Source of the DNA: a bacterium
GTDB lineage: Bacteria; Margulisbacteria; Marinamargulisbacteria; JABIPA01
Length of the DNA stretch: 64,000 nucleotides
Direction of reading: 5' to 3'
Assembly (NCBI GenBank): GCA_018698675.1
Contig: JABIPA010000063.1
Location: 20,851 to 84,850, forward strand
How positions within the stretch are numbered: position 1 is the first letter of the stretch; every line of letters begins with the position of its first letter. A model generated the notes under the pieces. That model was given only the letters and a program-made list of their open reading frames with translations, made no database searches and was not told the origin of the DNA. The position numbers were made by a program, and so were the translations under genes. Below are positions 38,697 through 48,242 of this stretch, one piece after another.

Positions 38697-38831
38697 ATGA
38701 CTGAAGAACAATTGAAAACATTAATAACAAATTCAACACCGGAAACGAAACTATTTAGAAAGCAAAATAACAGTTTATATAAAATGCAATTTGGAGATAT
38801 TTCGATTCAATTTGATTGCTGTTTAAACTAA
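38697..38831 (+). CDS. candidate small protein (44 aa), below the ORF-track cutoff
   Basis: ATG preceded by GGAGGA at a 5-nt spacing. MTEEQLKTLITNSTPETKLFRKQNNSLYKMQFGDISIQFDCCLN. Lies alone on the + strand in a 372-nt gap between two minus-strand genes. Confidence 0.3.
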   Translation: MTEEQLKTLITNSTPETKLFRKQNNSLYKMQFGDISIQFDCCLN

Positions 38832-38944
38832 ATTATATACATAAAATACCTCGCATAATTTAAAGGCGAGTACGTAAAAGAAAGGAAACAATTATATTAA
38901 ATGTTTGACCGAAAGGAGATAAGATTGTCGACTAAAATATCCCT

Positions 38945-40207
38945 TTAAGAAGGGTATGTCATTGGATTTTTAGGATCGTAGAAATATAGAAATAAAGATT
39001 GTCGTTTTGGACTGTTTTTAAAAACAGATTGAAGACTAAAGTCGATAATATCTGCTTTGACTCCCATAATATAAAGGATGGGTTTTTTATAATGAAATGG
39101 AGAGAATGACTTTAGTATTTTTTGACCCATTGGCATTGTTTGAAAGTGGCCTTGTCCTTTCAATATATGAATATCCGCTTCTTTTACTGATTTTTTATAG
39201 TCCTTACTCACATCGTACACATACTTACCCGCAACCGCCGAACCAGAATTAACAATCTTTAATTTTTTTGAATCCAAATATGTTTCCAGTGTCTCGAAAG
39301 AGTATGTTTTTAAAATATGAGATAAATCATCGAGTGTTACGTCGTTTAAGAATGGCTTTTCTTTTACTGACAACAGAACAGTATGTCCGTTTTCAAGCAA
39401 ATATTCGATTAGCATTAAATCAAAAAAGAATTCTCCGCAATTATCAGATTCATATAAAATCGTTTGCTTTTTCTCCTTTAAAAAAGAATCAAATTGTTTG
39501 TGATGAAAGAATTTATGCTCGTCTTTGAAATAAGATAACTGTTCGTCACTATCCACAAAGTCATTTATTTCCGAAGAAAATTGATTTAGAAAAGGGGTGA
39601 CAGACGGTTCTGCACAGTCGATCCAGTTTGAGCGAGTACAGAGTAGTAAGGTAATGAGAAACCGATTTTTATGCGCTTTAATTTCGTTGTGAATTTCATA
39701 ATAAATTTCGGAGCAGTGATCGTGATGTTCGATTTTTTGAGATGCGAAACAATCTAGACTTAGGTCATTTGTTTCAGCCCAAATGGAAAGTGTTTTAGAT
39801 ATAAAATAAAAGAAATCTGTAAACCCTGAGTCCCGTATAGACGAAGGACTTTGTTCTAAAATAGAGTAGAGACTATCTAAGTATTTTTGCTCGAGTCGAT
39901 CAATATCTTTTATATGCTTGGAATGATTTTTCATATATGCCGCGTAGGGAATTAAAAACCGCATATTCATATTTTTTAAAATTTTTGGCCAAGCAATGTG
40001 CTTCCACATAAATGGAGAAATAGAAGATATCGTATTATTTAAATATTTTTGAGTAGGGGAGATTCCGAATGAACCAAATGTTAGGTAATCGGGAAAGTAT
40101 GTTGATGAGAGAGAGTTTAAGAGCCAGCCTAGTTTTTTGTTGTAAGTCGTTCTGTTTCTAATTCTGTCTAAATATAAGTCGAACTCTCGTTTAAATGCGC
40201 GATTCAC
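38945..40207 (-). CDS. DUF89 (ARMT1-like damage-control phosphatase) family protein
   Basis: YESDNCGEFFFDLMLIEYLLENGHTVLLSVKEKPFLNDVTLDD and HILKGQGHFQTM match the DUF89 metal-site blocks (DNaG.E...D..l and KG..Nye.l). The start overlaps aroQ by 17 nt. Confidence 0.65.
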   Translation of the reverse strand: MNRAFKREFDLYLDRIRNRTTYNKKLGWLLNSLSSTYFPDYLTFGSFGISPTQKYLNNTISSISPFMWKHIAWPKILKNMNMRFLIPYAAYMKNHSKHIKDIDRLEQKYLDSLYSILEQSPSSIRDSGFTDFFYFISKTLSIWAETNDLSLDCFASQKIEHHDHCSEIYYEIHNEIKAHKNRFLITLLLCTRSNWIDCAEPSVTPFLNQFSSEINDFVDSDEQLSYFKDEHKFFHHKQFDSFLKEKKQTILYESDNCGEFFFDLMLIEYLLENGHTVLLSVKEKPFLNDVTLDDLSHILKTYSFETLETYLDSKKLKIVNSGSAVAGKYVYDVSKDYKKSVKEADIHILKGQGHFQTMPMGQKILKSFSPFHYKKPILYIMGVKADIIDFSLQSVFKNSPKRQSLFLYFYDPKNPMTYPS

Positions 40208-40628
40208 CTGAATGCTTTAAATAATTTAGGGCTAAAATATACCCATAAGTTCCCAATCCTGAAATTTGACCAGTACATTCTGCAACTGTATAAGAAACGT
40301 GTCTAAATGATTCTCGTTTATGAATGTTTGAAATATGGACTTCAATTTTTGGAATAGATATAGAAGCTAGTGCATCTCTTAACGCGATACTTGTATGAGT
40401 GAATGCTGCAGGATTGATGACTAAACCATCATATTTTTCTGCAGAGTGAATTGTGTCTATAATTGTTTCTTCGCTATTTGATTGAACACATGTTGCTTCA
40501 ATTTGATTTTCTTTTGCATACTTGTGAATTTTTGAGTTAACTTGTTCGAGTGTTTCGTGACCATAAACGTCAGGTTCTCGTTTTCCAAGTCTATTTAAGT
40601 TTGGTCCGTGGATAATTAAAATTTTCAT
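40191..40628 (-). CDS. aroQ: type II 3-dehydroquinate dehydratase
   Basis: MKILIIHGPNLNRLGKREPDVYG, INPAAFTHTSIALRDAL, EVHISNIHKRESFR. Confidence 0.92.
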   Translation of the reverse strand: MKILIIHGPNLNRLGKREPDVYGHETLEQVNSKIHKYAKENQIEATCVQSNSEETIIDTIHSAEKYDGLVINPAAFTHTSIALRDALASISIPKIEVHISNIHKRESFRHVSYTVAECTGQISGLGTYGYILALNYLKHSGESRI

Positions 40629-40706
40629 AGAATAATAATACCTTTTTTTAATGACTTTTACACATGTTTTTCTGTGGGTTTTGTGATTTATTATTAATAT
40701 AGATGA

Positions 40707-41819
40707 CTATTTAAAAAGAGATTGAATAGCCGATTTAACGAGTTCTCTAGGAACATCATTTCTGGTTTCTGTTTTCCCAATTTCTGATGCTAAAATAAAG
40801 CGAATTTTTCCATTCTTAACTTTTTTATCAGATTCCATAGGAATAAGTAGTTTTTCGATAGGTATCGTTGGTATTTTTGTTCCAAATCCTAATTCTTTTA
40901 AGAGCGTTTCGATTCTGTCGGATATATCTTGAGCCATTAGGTTTAGATGTACGCTAATTTCACATGCTGAAATCATACCTAAAGCAACGGCTTCACCGTG
41001 AGAAAAGGTACCATAAGCATATGCAGACTCTATGGCATGACCAATCGTGTGCCCAAAATTTAAAGTCTCTCTTAGACCAGCTTCTCTTTCGTCGTTAGAG
41101 ACAACTTCCGCTTTATCATTCGCAGATGACTCGATTAAGTGGCGCCATATTGCGGAGTGTTTTTTAGGGGTGAATTCTGCAATATCTTTTATATTGGATT
41201 CTATGAAATGAAATAGCTCAACATTTTTTATGATTCCGTACTTCACTATTTCTGCCATTCCACATTTTAATTCATGTTTTGGCAACGTATCTAAGCAGTC
41301 TAGGTCAATTAATGTTAGCTTTGGTTGGTAAAAGCTTCCGATAAGGTTTTTACCCGTCGAATGATTGACTGCTGTTTTTCCGCCAATACATGCATCTACT
41401 TGGGCTAATAAGGACGTTGGAATTTGGAATAAATTTATTCCTCGCAAACATAAAGATGCAACAAATCCGGCTAAGTCTCCTATGACGCCTCCACCAAGTG
41501 CAACGACAGAATCGTTTCGTTCTACCTTAAGCTCTAAAATTTGGTCTAATAGCGAACTTACATTTTTAAACGATTTTTGAGATTCACCTTGAGGCAATAC
41601 AATAAATGTTACAGAGTAATTGTTTTTTGAAAGAACTGACTCTAAGTTGCGACCGTATAAGGGAGCAACATTTTCGTCAGTAATTAAAAATACTTTTTTA
41701 CCTACCTTATGCTCGATAAGGTAGGTAGGTAATGTTTTAAGAATATCCGCGCCAACATCAATAGGATAACTTCGGTTATCTAATTGTACCGAAATTGAAG
41801 TGACAGCTTTTTTAGGCAA
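40707..41819 (-). CDS. aroB: 3-dehydroquinate synthase
   Basis: [58 protein letters not shown]. Confidence 0.92.
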   Translation of the reverse strand: MPKKAVTSISVQLDNRSYPIDVGADILKTLPTYLIEHKVGKKVFLITDENVAPLYGRNLESVLSKNNYSVTFIVLPQGESQKSFKNVSSLLDQILELKVERNDSVVALGGGVIGDLAGFVASLCLRGINLFQIPTSLLAQVDACIGGKTAVNHSTGKNLIGSFYQPKLTLIDLDCLDTLPKHELKCGMAEIVKYGIIKNVELFHFIESNIKDIAEFTPKKHSAIWRHLIESSANDKAEVVSNDEREAGLRETLNFGHTIGHAIESAYAYGTFSHGEAVALGMISACEISVHLNLMAQDISDRIETLLKELGFGTKIPTIPIEKLLIPMESDKKVKNGKIRFILASEIGKTETRNDVPRELVKSAIQSLFK

Positions 41820-43809
41820 GAGTTTTTAATTCTTTTGAAAGAATAGATTCTGCCGTCTGAATGATATTTTTGACGCTGAATCCAAATTTTTCCATAACTA
41901 AAGGTCCAGGCGCTGATGCACCAAAAGAATTAATACCTATATGCTCACAAGGCCCAACGATATCTCCCCATCCAGTCGTAATGCCAGCTTCAACTACAAT
42001 TTTATTTGTAGTGCTAGGGAAAAGTTCTGAACGGTACCTTTTCGATTGTCGTTTTAATAATTCCCAACAAGGAACAGAAACAACTTGAACCTGAATACCT
42101 TTTGCTTCTAGCTCTTTAGCTGCTTCCATACAAAGAGATACTTCTGACCCACTTGCAATTAATTGCAAAGGATTTTCGGAAGCGTTAGGTGTTGTATAAA
42201 GAGGGTAAGCCCCTTTAACAAAGAGATCTTCAATGAGTTCTTTTTTATCGTTCATAACGGGTAGTCCCTGACGAGTAAGAAGAATAGCTACAGGACCTTG
42301 TCCTGATAATGCATATCTCCAAGACTCGTTTGTTTCTATAGCATCCGCAGGTCTTAATACAGATAAACCAGGAATTAAACGAAGTGACATTAGTTGCTCA
42401 ATGGGTTGGTGGGTAGGCCCATCTTCACCAAGACCAACACTGTCATGAGTAAAAACATATACAACATTTGTATTCATAAGTGCAGAAAGTCGGATGGAGG
42501 ATCTCATATAATCAGAAAAGATTAAAAATGTTCCACCATATGGAAGGATTCCACCATGAAGAGCCATTCCGTTTAAGGCAGCTCCCATCGCATGTTCTCG
42601 TACTCCAAATCTTACATTTTTTCCGGCTTTATCTTGTTTAAAGATTCCAGCATTATTTAAAAATGTGTTATTTGAAGGCGCTAAATCTGCGGATCCTCCT
42701 ACTAATGTAGGAAAATAAGGCTCAATCGCGTTAAGTACTTTTCCAGAAGCCGCTCGAGTAGCAATTTTTGCTACATCATAGGTCGGTAATTCGATGTTTT
42801 CTGGGTCAAAATCTTTTGCAATTGCTTTTGTTAAGGCTAAAGCAAGTTCTGGGTATTTTTTCTTATAGTTCGCAAATAAAGTATTCCAGGCAGATTCTGA
42901 TTTTTTTCCATTTTCGGCTACTTGTCCAAAAACGTCTTTTGTTTCTTCAGGAACCGTAAACTCAGGATAATCCCAGTTGTAGTGATTTCTTGTTAGTTGC
43001 ATCGCTTCTTTTCCAAGAGGAGAGCCGTGAGAAGATTCACTGTTTGCTTTTGGACTCCCGTGTCCTATTTCTGTTCTGATTTTAATTAACGATGGTTTAT
43101 CAGTTAGTTTTGCGTTGTTTACAGCTTCAACAATTGCACTAACGTCATTTCCATCAGGGAGCTCAACGACATCCCATCCAAAAGATTCAAATCGTTTTTT
43201 TGTATCTTCTGTAAAAGAAATAGATGTCGGGCCTTCAATAGAAATTTCATTATCGTCATACAAGCAGATGAGTTTTTTTAGATTTAAATGGCCAGCAAGA
43301 GATGCTGATTCGGAAGAAATTCCTTCCATTAAATCTCCGTCTGAAACGATAGCGTAGGTGTAATGTTCAACAATATTAAAGTCTGGTTTATTGAATTGTT
43401 CTGCTAAGAATTCTTCTGCCATTGCCATACCAACTGCCATTCCGATTCCTTGACCTAATGGACCAGTCGTTGCTTCAACCCCAGGTGTGTGTCCAACTTC
43501 TGGATGTCCAGGCGTTTTACTTCCCCATTGACGAAAGTTTTTTAAATCATCGATAGATAAATCGAATCCGTAACAATGTAAGAGAGAATATAATAGTCCA
43601 CTTGCATGTCCGGCAGATAAGACAAATCTGTCTCGGTTAAACCACTGTGGGTTTTTTGGATTTTGTTGAATAAAATTTTGCCAAAGAGCAAACGCCATAG
43701 GGGCGGCTCCTAATGGCATTCCTGGATGTCCTGAATTTGCTTTTTCGACGGCTTCAATTGCTAAGAATCTGATAGTATTTATGGCGAGATTTTCATTTGT
43801 TTGTTTCAT
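41812..43809 (-). CDS. tkt: transketolase
   Basis: [69 protein letters not shown]. Overlaps aroB by 8 nt. Confidence 0.95.
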   Translation of the reverse strand: MKQTNENLAINTIRFLAIEAVEKANSGHPGMPLGAAPMAFALWQNFIQQNPKNPQWFNRDRFVLSAGHASGLLYSLLHCYGFDLSIDDLKNFRQWGSKTPGHPEVGHTPGVEATTGPLGQGIGMAVGMAMAEEFLAEQFNKPDFNIVEHYTYAIVSDGDLMEGISSESASLAGHLNLKKLICLYDDNEISIEGPTSISFTEDTKKRFESFGWDVVELPDGNDVSAIVEAVNNAKLTDKPSLIKIRTEIGHGSPKANSESSHGSPLGKEAMQLTRNHYNWDYPEFTVPEETKDVFGQVAENGKKSESAWNTLFANYKKKYPELALALTKAIAKDFDPENIELPTYDVAKIATRAASGKVLNAIEPYFPTLVGGSADLAPSNNTFLNNAGIFKQDKAGKNVRFGVREHAMGAALNGMALHGGILPYGGTFLIFSDYMRSSIRLSALMNTNVVYVFTHDSVGLGEDGPTHQPIEQLMSLRLIPGLSVLRPADAIETNESWRYALSGQGPVAILLTRQGLPVMNDKKELIEDLFVKGAYPLYTTPNASENPLQLIASGSEVSLCMEAAKELEAKGIQVQVVSVPCWELLKRQSKRYRSELFPSTTNKIVVEAGITTGWGDIVGPCEHIGINSFGASAPGPLVMEKFGFSVKNIIQTAESILSKELKTLA

Positions 43810-43933
43810 AGAAATATAGTGTAGCTGTCCCCGTGAATTGCATCAAGAGATGGATTTTAATTGTCCTATAAGAGGACTCTATCTAATAAGAATTTTGAAT
43901 AATTTGGCCTTAATTAATTTTCGAAAAAGTTAT

Positions 43934-44203
43934 TTAAATTCTTGTATGAGATCCGTCACAATAAGGTAGTGTTTTAGAGTGTCTGCATAAACAAATAGTA
44001 ACCGATGTTGGCTCAGATATTTTGAATCGTTTAGGCTTTAATGAGGTTTCCGAATGAGATCCATCACAAAATGGTTCGTCGTCGGTTCTCCCACAAGCAC
44101 AGTATTGGTAGGTGTCTGGGTAAAGATTCATCATTTTACATTGTTTAGATACGATGACTGGTTCGTCTGGTCCGTATTCACTTTTATCTTTTTGGTCTGA
44201 CAT
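43934..44203 (-). CDS. tandem CDGSH iron-sulfur domain protein
   Basis: Two complete CDGSH motifs: YCACGRTDDEPFCDGSH and ICLCRHSKTLPYCDGSH. Confidence 0.85.
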   Translation of the reverse strand: MSDQKDKSEYGPDEPVIVSKQCKMMNLYPDTYQYCACGRTDDEPFCDGSHSETSLKPKRFKISEPTSVTICLCRHSKTLPYCDGSHTRI

Positions 44204-44298
44204 TTGAGTTTCTCCTAATAGTAAAATGTTTCAAGGTTTTTAAGTATGAACACTTTATCATCCTTGAGATAAACCGTCATCCAGAATAAACTCACTTT

Positions 44299-45249
44299 GT
44301 GAAAAAAGATTTTTGGAAAAAATTGAATAAGCCAATTATAGGTTTGGCACCAATGGAAGGGTATTCAGACAGCCCGTTTAGGCGTATCTGTAAACGCATT
44401 AATCCTGACATCATCACTGTTACAGAATTTACTTCTGCTGATGGAATTTACCATAACGCGAAACAATTAATGAAAAAGTTATCTTTTGAAAAAGAAGAAC
44501 ATCCAATCATTGCTCAGATTTTTGGTAAAAATATGGATACATTTATTGCAGCTGCCAAAGTTTGTGAAGATATGGGCTTTGATGGAATAGATATAAATAT
44601 GGGATGCCCTGCTAAAAAGGTTGTGAAGTCTGAACATGGTGTCGCTTTGAGACGGAATTTACCTTTAGCCTTCAAATTAATCGAAACGTTAGCTAATGCT
44701 ACTTCATTGCCTGTTTCTGTTAAAACTAGGTTAGGGTGGGACGATGCATCAGATTTAACTGAATTTGGAAAAGGTGCAGAGAATGCCGGCGCGGACATGA
44801 TTTGTATTCATGGACGAACTTATATAGAGCCCTATAATGTGCCCGCTCAATGGGAACCTGTTTATGAAATGAAACGAAATATATCAATTCCTGTTTTAGG
44901 AAATGGCGGGATTTTAAATGTTCAAGATGGATTGGAAAAAATTGGAAATCTAGATGGATTTTTAATTGGACAGGCCACGTTTGGGAATCCATGGGCGTTT
45001 CTTGAAAAGAGTAGAGAGATAAGTTTTGAAGAAAAACTCCCTATTATAAAGCTTCATTCTCAGATGTTAATTGAGCAAAAGGGAGAATATGTAGGGACTC
45101 GGGAGATTAGAAAACACTTAGTTAGTTACTGTAGAGGATTTCCTGGAGCTAAACAATTTAGGCCTCAACTTGTTCGGGTCGAATCGTATAAACAGATTTG
45201 TGACGTTTTAGATCGAATTGCTGAGGCTGTGGAGCCCATGTTTCATTAA
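44299..45249 (+). CDS. tRNA-dihydrouridine synthase
   Basis: LAPMEGYSDSPFR, FDGIDINMGCPAKKV, VSVKTRLGW and ICIHGRT. GTG start. Confidence 0.85.
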   Translation: MKKDFWKKLNKPIIGLAPMEGYSDSPFRRICKRINPDIITVTEFTSADGIYHNAKQLMKKLSFEKEEHPIIAQIFGKNMDTFIAAAKVCEDMGFDGIDINMGCPAKKVVKSEHGVALRRNLPLAFKLIETLANATSLPVSVKTRLGWDDASDLTEFGKGAENAGADMICIHGRTYIEPYNVPAQWEPVYEMKRNISIPVLGNGGILNVQDGLEKIGNLDGFLIGQATFGNPWAFLEKSREISFEEKLPIIKLHSQMLIEQKGEYVGTREIRKHLVSYCRGFPGAKQFRPQLVRVESYKQICDVLDRIAEAVEPMFH

Positions 45250-45250
45250 A

Positions 45251-45799
45251 TTAATATTTTAAAACGGAATGAATTGGATAATCACCCAATAAATCTCGTC
45301 CTTTTAAAAAGGATAATTCAATAAGCACAGAGATTCCTATAATATTTCCTTCTAGTTTTTCAACGAGTTCAATTGCAGCTTTCATTGTTCCACCTGTGGC
45401 TAATAAATCATCTATTAAAATAATAGAATCTCCGGGTTTAATAGCATCGGTATGAATTGCAATTTTATCGGTACCATATTCTAGTTCATAGTTTACTTCG
45501 ATAGTTTTGTAAGGAAGTTTTCCAGGCTTTCTGATTGGAACAAAGCCAGCTTTTAAACGATCTGCTATTGGAACTCCAAATATAAAGCCTCGACTCTCTA
45601 TGCTCGCTACATGATGAATCGATTCATTTTTATAAGGAACAGCTAGAGCATCTAATGAATAAGAGAGAGCCTCAGAATCATTAAGTAGCGTCGTGATATC
45701 CTTAAAGACAATTCCCTTTTTTGGAAAATCAGGAATATCACGAATTTTTGACTTTAAATCAATTATTTCAATATTAGATTGTTTGCTTTGTTCCATCAT
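45251..45799 (-). CDS. apt: adenine phosphoribosyltransferase
   Basis: IRDIPDFPKKGIVFKDITTLL, IESRGFIFG, and the PRPP loop ILIDDLLATGGT. Confidence 0.92.
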   Translation of the reverse strand: MMEQSKQSNIEIIDLKSKIRDIPDFPKKGIVFKDITTLLNDSEALSYSLDALAVPYKNESIHHVASIESRGFIFGVPIADRLKAGFVPIRKPGKLPYKTIEVNYELEYGTDKIAIHTDAIKPGDSIILIDDLLATGGTMKAAIELVEKLEGNIIGISVLIELSFLKGRDLLGDYPIHSVLKY

Positions 45800-45813
45800 T
45801 AACTCACTCAGTC

Positions 45814-46773
45814 CTAGGTGTATAACGTTGAAATAGACCGTTTTTCATAATTTCGTTTAATTGCTTCACCAATCATCGGTGCAACAGATAAAACCTTAAG
45901 TCCAGGGAAACGCTTTTCAGCAGGAATATTAATAGTGTCGGTTACAACAACTTCTTTAAACCCTGCAGTAGACATACGTTCAACAGCTGGACCAGAAAAA
46001 ACAGCGTGAGTCGTAGCTAAATAAATTTCGTCTTTACATCCATGTTTTCTAAGAGTTTCTAATCCAGATGTAACAGATCCTCCAGTATCAACCATGTCAT
46101 CAACTAAAAGAATTGTTTTACCTTTAACATTACCTACGATATTAACAATTTCAGCTACATTATGACTTGGTCTAGTCTTATGAAGAATAGCGAGTTCAGC
46201 ACCTAATCTATCGCCTAATTTTTTTGCGTATTTGGCGCGTCCTGCATCAGGCGCAACAACGACTAAATCTTGTAGGTTTTTCTTTTTAAAATAATCGACA
46301 AATAATCCAAGAGCAGTTAAATGGTCAACCGGTTGAGAGAAGAATCCCTGAATTTGATCGGCATGTAAATCAACGGTCATCAATCGATCAAGACCTACCG
46401 CATCTAATAAATCAGCAATCATACGACTAGAAATCGGTTCACGAGGAGCCGATTTTTTATCTTGTCTCGCATATCCAAAATGAGGAATGATTACGTGAAT
46501 TGCTTTTGCAGATGCTCGTTTCATAGCATCCATCATTAAAAATAATTCCATATAATCGTCATTTACCTGAAGGCCAGAGGATTGAAGTAAATAAACTTCA
46601 TATCCACGAATGGACTCTTCAATTTTAGCGTAATTTTCGCCACAGCTAAATTTAGATAAGTTTATTTTTCCAGGGTCTATTCCTAAGCTTTTAGCAATAT
46701 TTTTACCCAGTTCTGGATGAGATGATCCGCAAAAGAAGTGCATGTTAGAAAAATGATTTCGTTGATTAGTCAT
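45814..46773 (-). CDS. prs: ribose-phosphate pyrophosphokinase
   Basis: HFFCGSSHPELG, IPHFGYARQDKK, TVDLHADQIQGFF and LLVDDMVDTGGS. Confidence 0.93.
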   Translation of the reverse strand: MTNQRNHFSNMHFFCGSSHPELGKNIAKSLGIDPGKINLSKFSCGENYAKIEESIRGYEVYLLQSSGLQVNDDYMELFLMMDAMKRASAKAIHVIIPHFGYARQDKKSAPREPISSRMIADLLDAVGLDRLMTVDLHADQIQGFFSQPVDHLTALGLFVDYFKKKNLQDLVVVAPDAGRAKYAKKLGDRLGAELAILHKTRPSHNVAEIVNIVGNVKGKTILLVDDMVDTGGSVTSGLETLRKHGCKDEIYLATTHAVFSGPAVERMSTAGFKEVVVTDTINIPAEKRFPGLKVLSVAPMIGEAIKRNYEKRSISTLYT

Positions 46774-46782
46774 GGTTATTTG

Positions 46783-48075
46783 TCATTCCTTGTCTATAAA
46801 AAATTCTGTGCTCACGTTTCTACTTGCGAAGAAGACTTCGTTTTCGATATCTACGCTAACGAAGTCACAGTTTAAGGTATCATTGTCATCCTTTTCAATA
46901 GAGACCTTTCCGGAAAGGAAAATCCAACCTATTGCATCGTCCATTTTTAGGTGATCACAAGTGATAGTTTTATCGGGTTGAACGATGACAACGTCTCCAA
47001 AAAGAACGAGTTCTTTTGTTTGAGAATTAAAGGTTAATTTTTTACAAGTAATACTCGTTTCACTTTCGATAGACTCTTTTGTTTTGTCACCTTTAACCTC
47101 TGATTTTTTAGACGGACTTAAAAGCCATTTTAGATTTGTAGATTTGAATTTAACGTCATCTTCGACTTGGAATTCACCGGTATCTTCATTATAAATTGCT
47201 TTTTTTCCAGTTATAGATTTATCGTCTTGGAATATTTTTACATTACCAAAAAGTTCGACTATTTTTGTATCATCTTTTTGGCTATATCTCATTTGGTCGC
47301 AGGAAAGATAGGTGTCATTTTTTTTGAGCTGAATCTCTCGTTCATCTAAGTTTTCATCGACTGATTGAGTGGCGGGTCTATGACCACGAATATTATTTTT
47401 TATGACAGAATATTTTTCGTCGATATAAATGGTCATAGCGTCTGCCGAAACGATAAACCCATCGTGATCTATTGTTAATCCATTTTCTATAAATGCGATA
47501 TTTTCTTTATTGTCTACCCAGACACCTTCTTTAGGAAAAATTAGAGTCTTATTTTTTTGGATGGTAACGTTGTCTGTTAAATATGTTTTATTACTAATAC
47601 TAAAAAATTTAAAATTATCTGCTTTTATGTTTATTTTTTCGTCGTCGCCAACCAAATGTGTGTTTTGACTGGCTATTAATCCTTTAGATATTTTTTTGTT
47701 TTTTCTTGGATGAAAATTTGCGCTTACTTGTCCGTTTGCGTGAATAGTTTTTGAGCGCGTATTTATTTTTGCGTTACTTGCTTTTAAATTATCTAAGATA
47801 ATTGTTCCATCATAATCAAAAAGTTTTCCCTCTTGAATATCGCGGGCTCTGAAAAGGTAAGAACTTCGTCCCGTCCATAAATAGTCTGCGTGAACTTCCC
47901 AATTTTTTTTTCCATTTTTATAGCCTTGGATTTTTGATTTTGAAATTTCTAATTCTTTATCATTTCCTGAAAATTCTTCTAGTTCAAGAAACACGGGTGA
48001 TAGAAATAGTCCGAAAAGTAGAATTAGGGTTATCCCAAATATCCACTTTATCGTTAATTTTGAAGGAAGGTTCAT
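46783..48075 (-). CDS. membrane-anchored OstA/LptA-like repeat protein (possible LptC/LptA-type LPS transport component)
   Basis: N-terminal TM anchor followed by repeated OstA-like strands (FGNVKIFQDDKSITGKKAIYNEDTGEFQVEDDVKF; LFGDVVIVQPDKTITCDHLKMDD). Ends 9 nt upstream of prs. Confidence 0.5.
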   Translation of the reverse strand: MNLPSKLTIKWIFGITLILLFGLFLSPVFLELEEFSGNDKELEISKSKIQGYKNGKKNWEVHADYLWTGRSSYLFRARDIQEGKLFDYDGTIILDNLKASNAKINTRSKTIHANGQVSANFHPRKNKKISKGLIASQNTHLVGDDEKINIKADNFKFFSISNKTYLTDNVTIQKNKTLIFPKEGVWVDNKENIAFIENGLTIDHDGFIVSADAMTIYIDEKYSVIKNNIRGHRPATQSVDENLDEREIQLKKNDTYLSCDQMRYSQKDDTKIVELFGNVKIFQDDKSITGKKAIYNEDTGEFQVEDDVKFKSTNLKWLLSPSKKSEVKGDKTKESIESETSITCKKLTFNSQTKELVLFGDVVIVQPDKTITCDHLKMDDAIGWIFLSGKVSIEKDDNDTLNCDFVSVDIENEVFFASRNVSTEFFIDKE

Positions 48076-48242
48076 GTTGATTATTGTAAATGATTTGGGA
48101 TGTGGCGTCTAAATGGAAAGTTGATAATTTTTAAATAAATCGATGAATTTCAAATTGTTTTGTTTGAGAAGACCTTAATATGCTTAAGTATATATAAATC
48201 TTTCTGGTATTTCATTAGTATCACAAAGTAAACTTGGAATAT

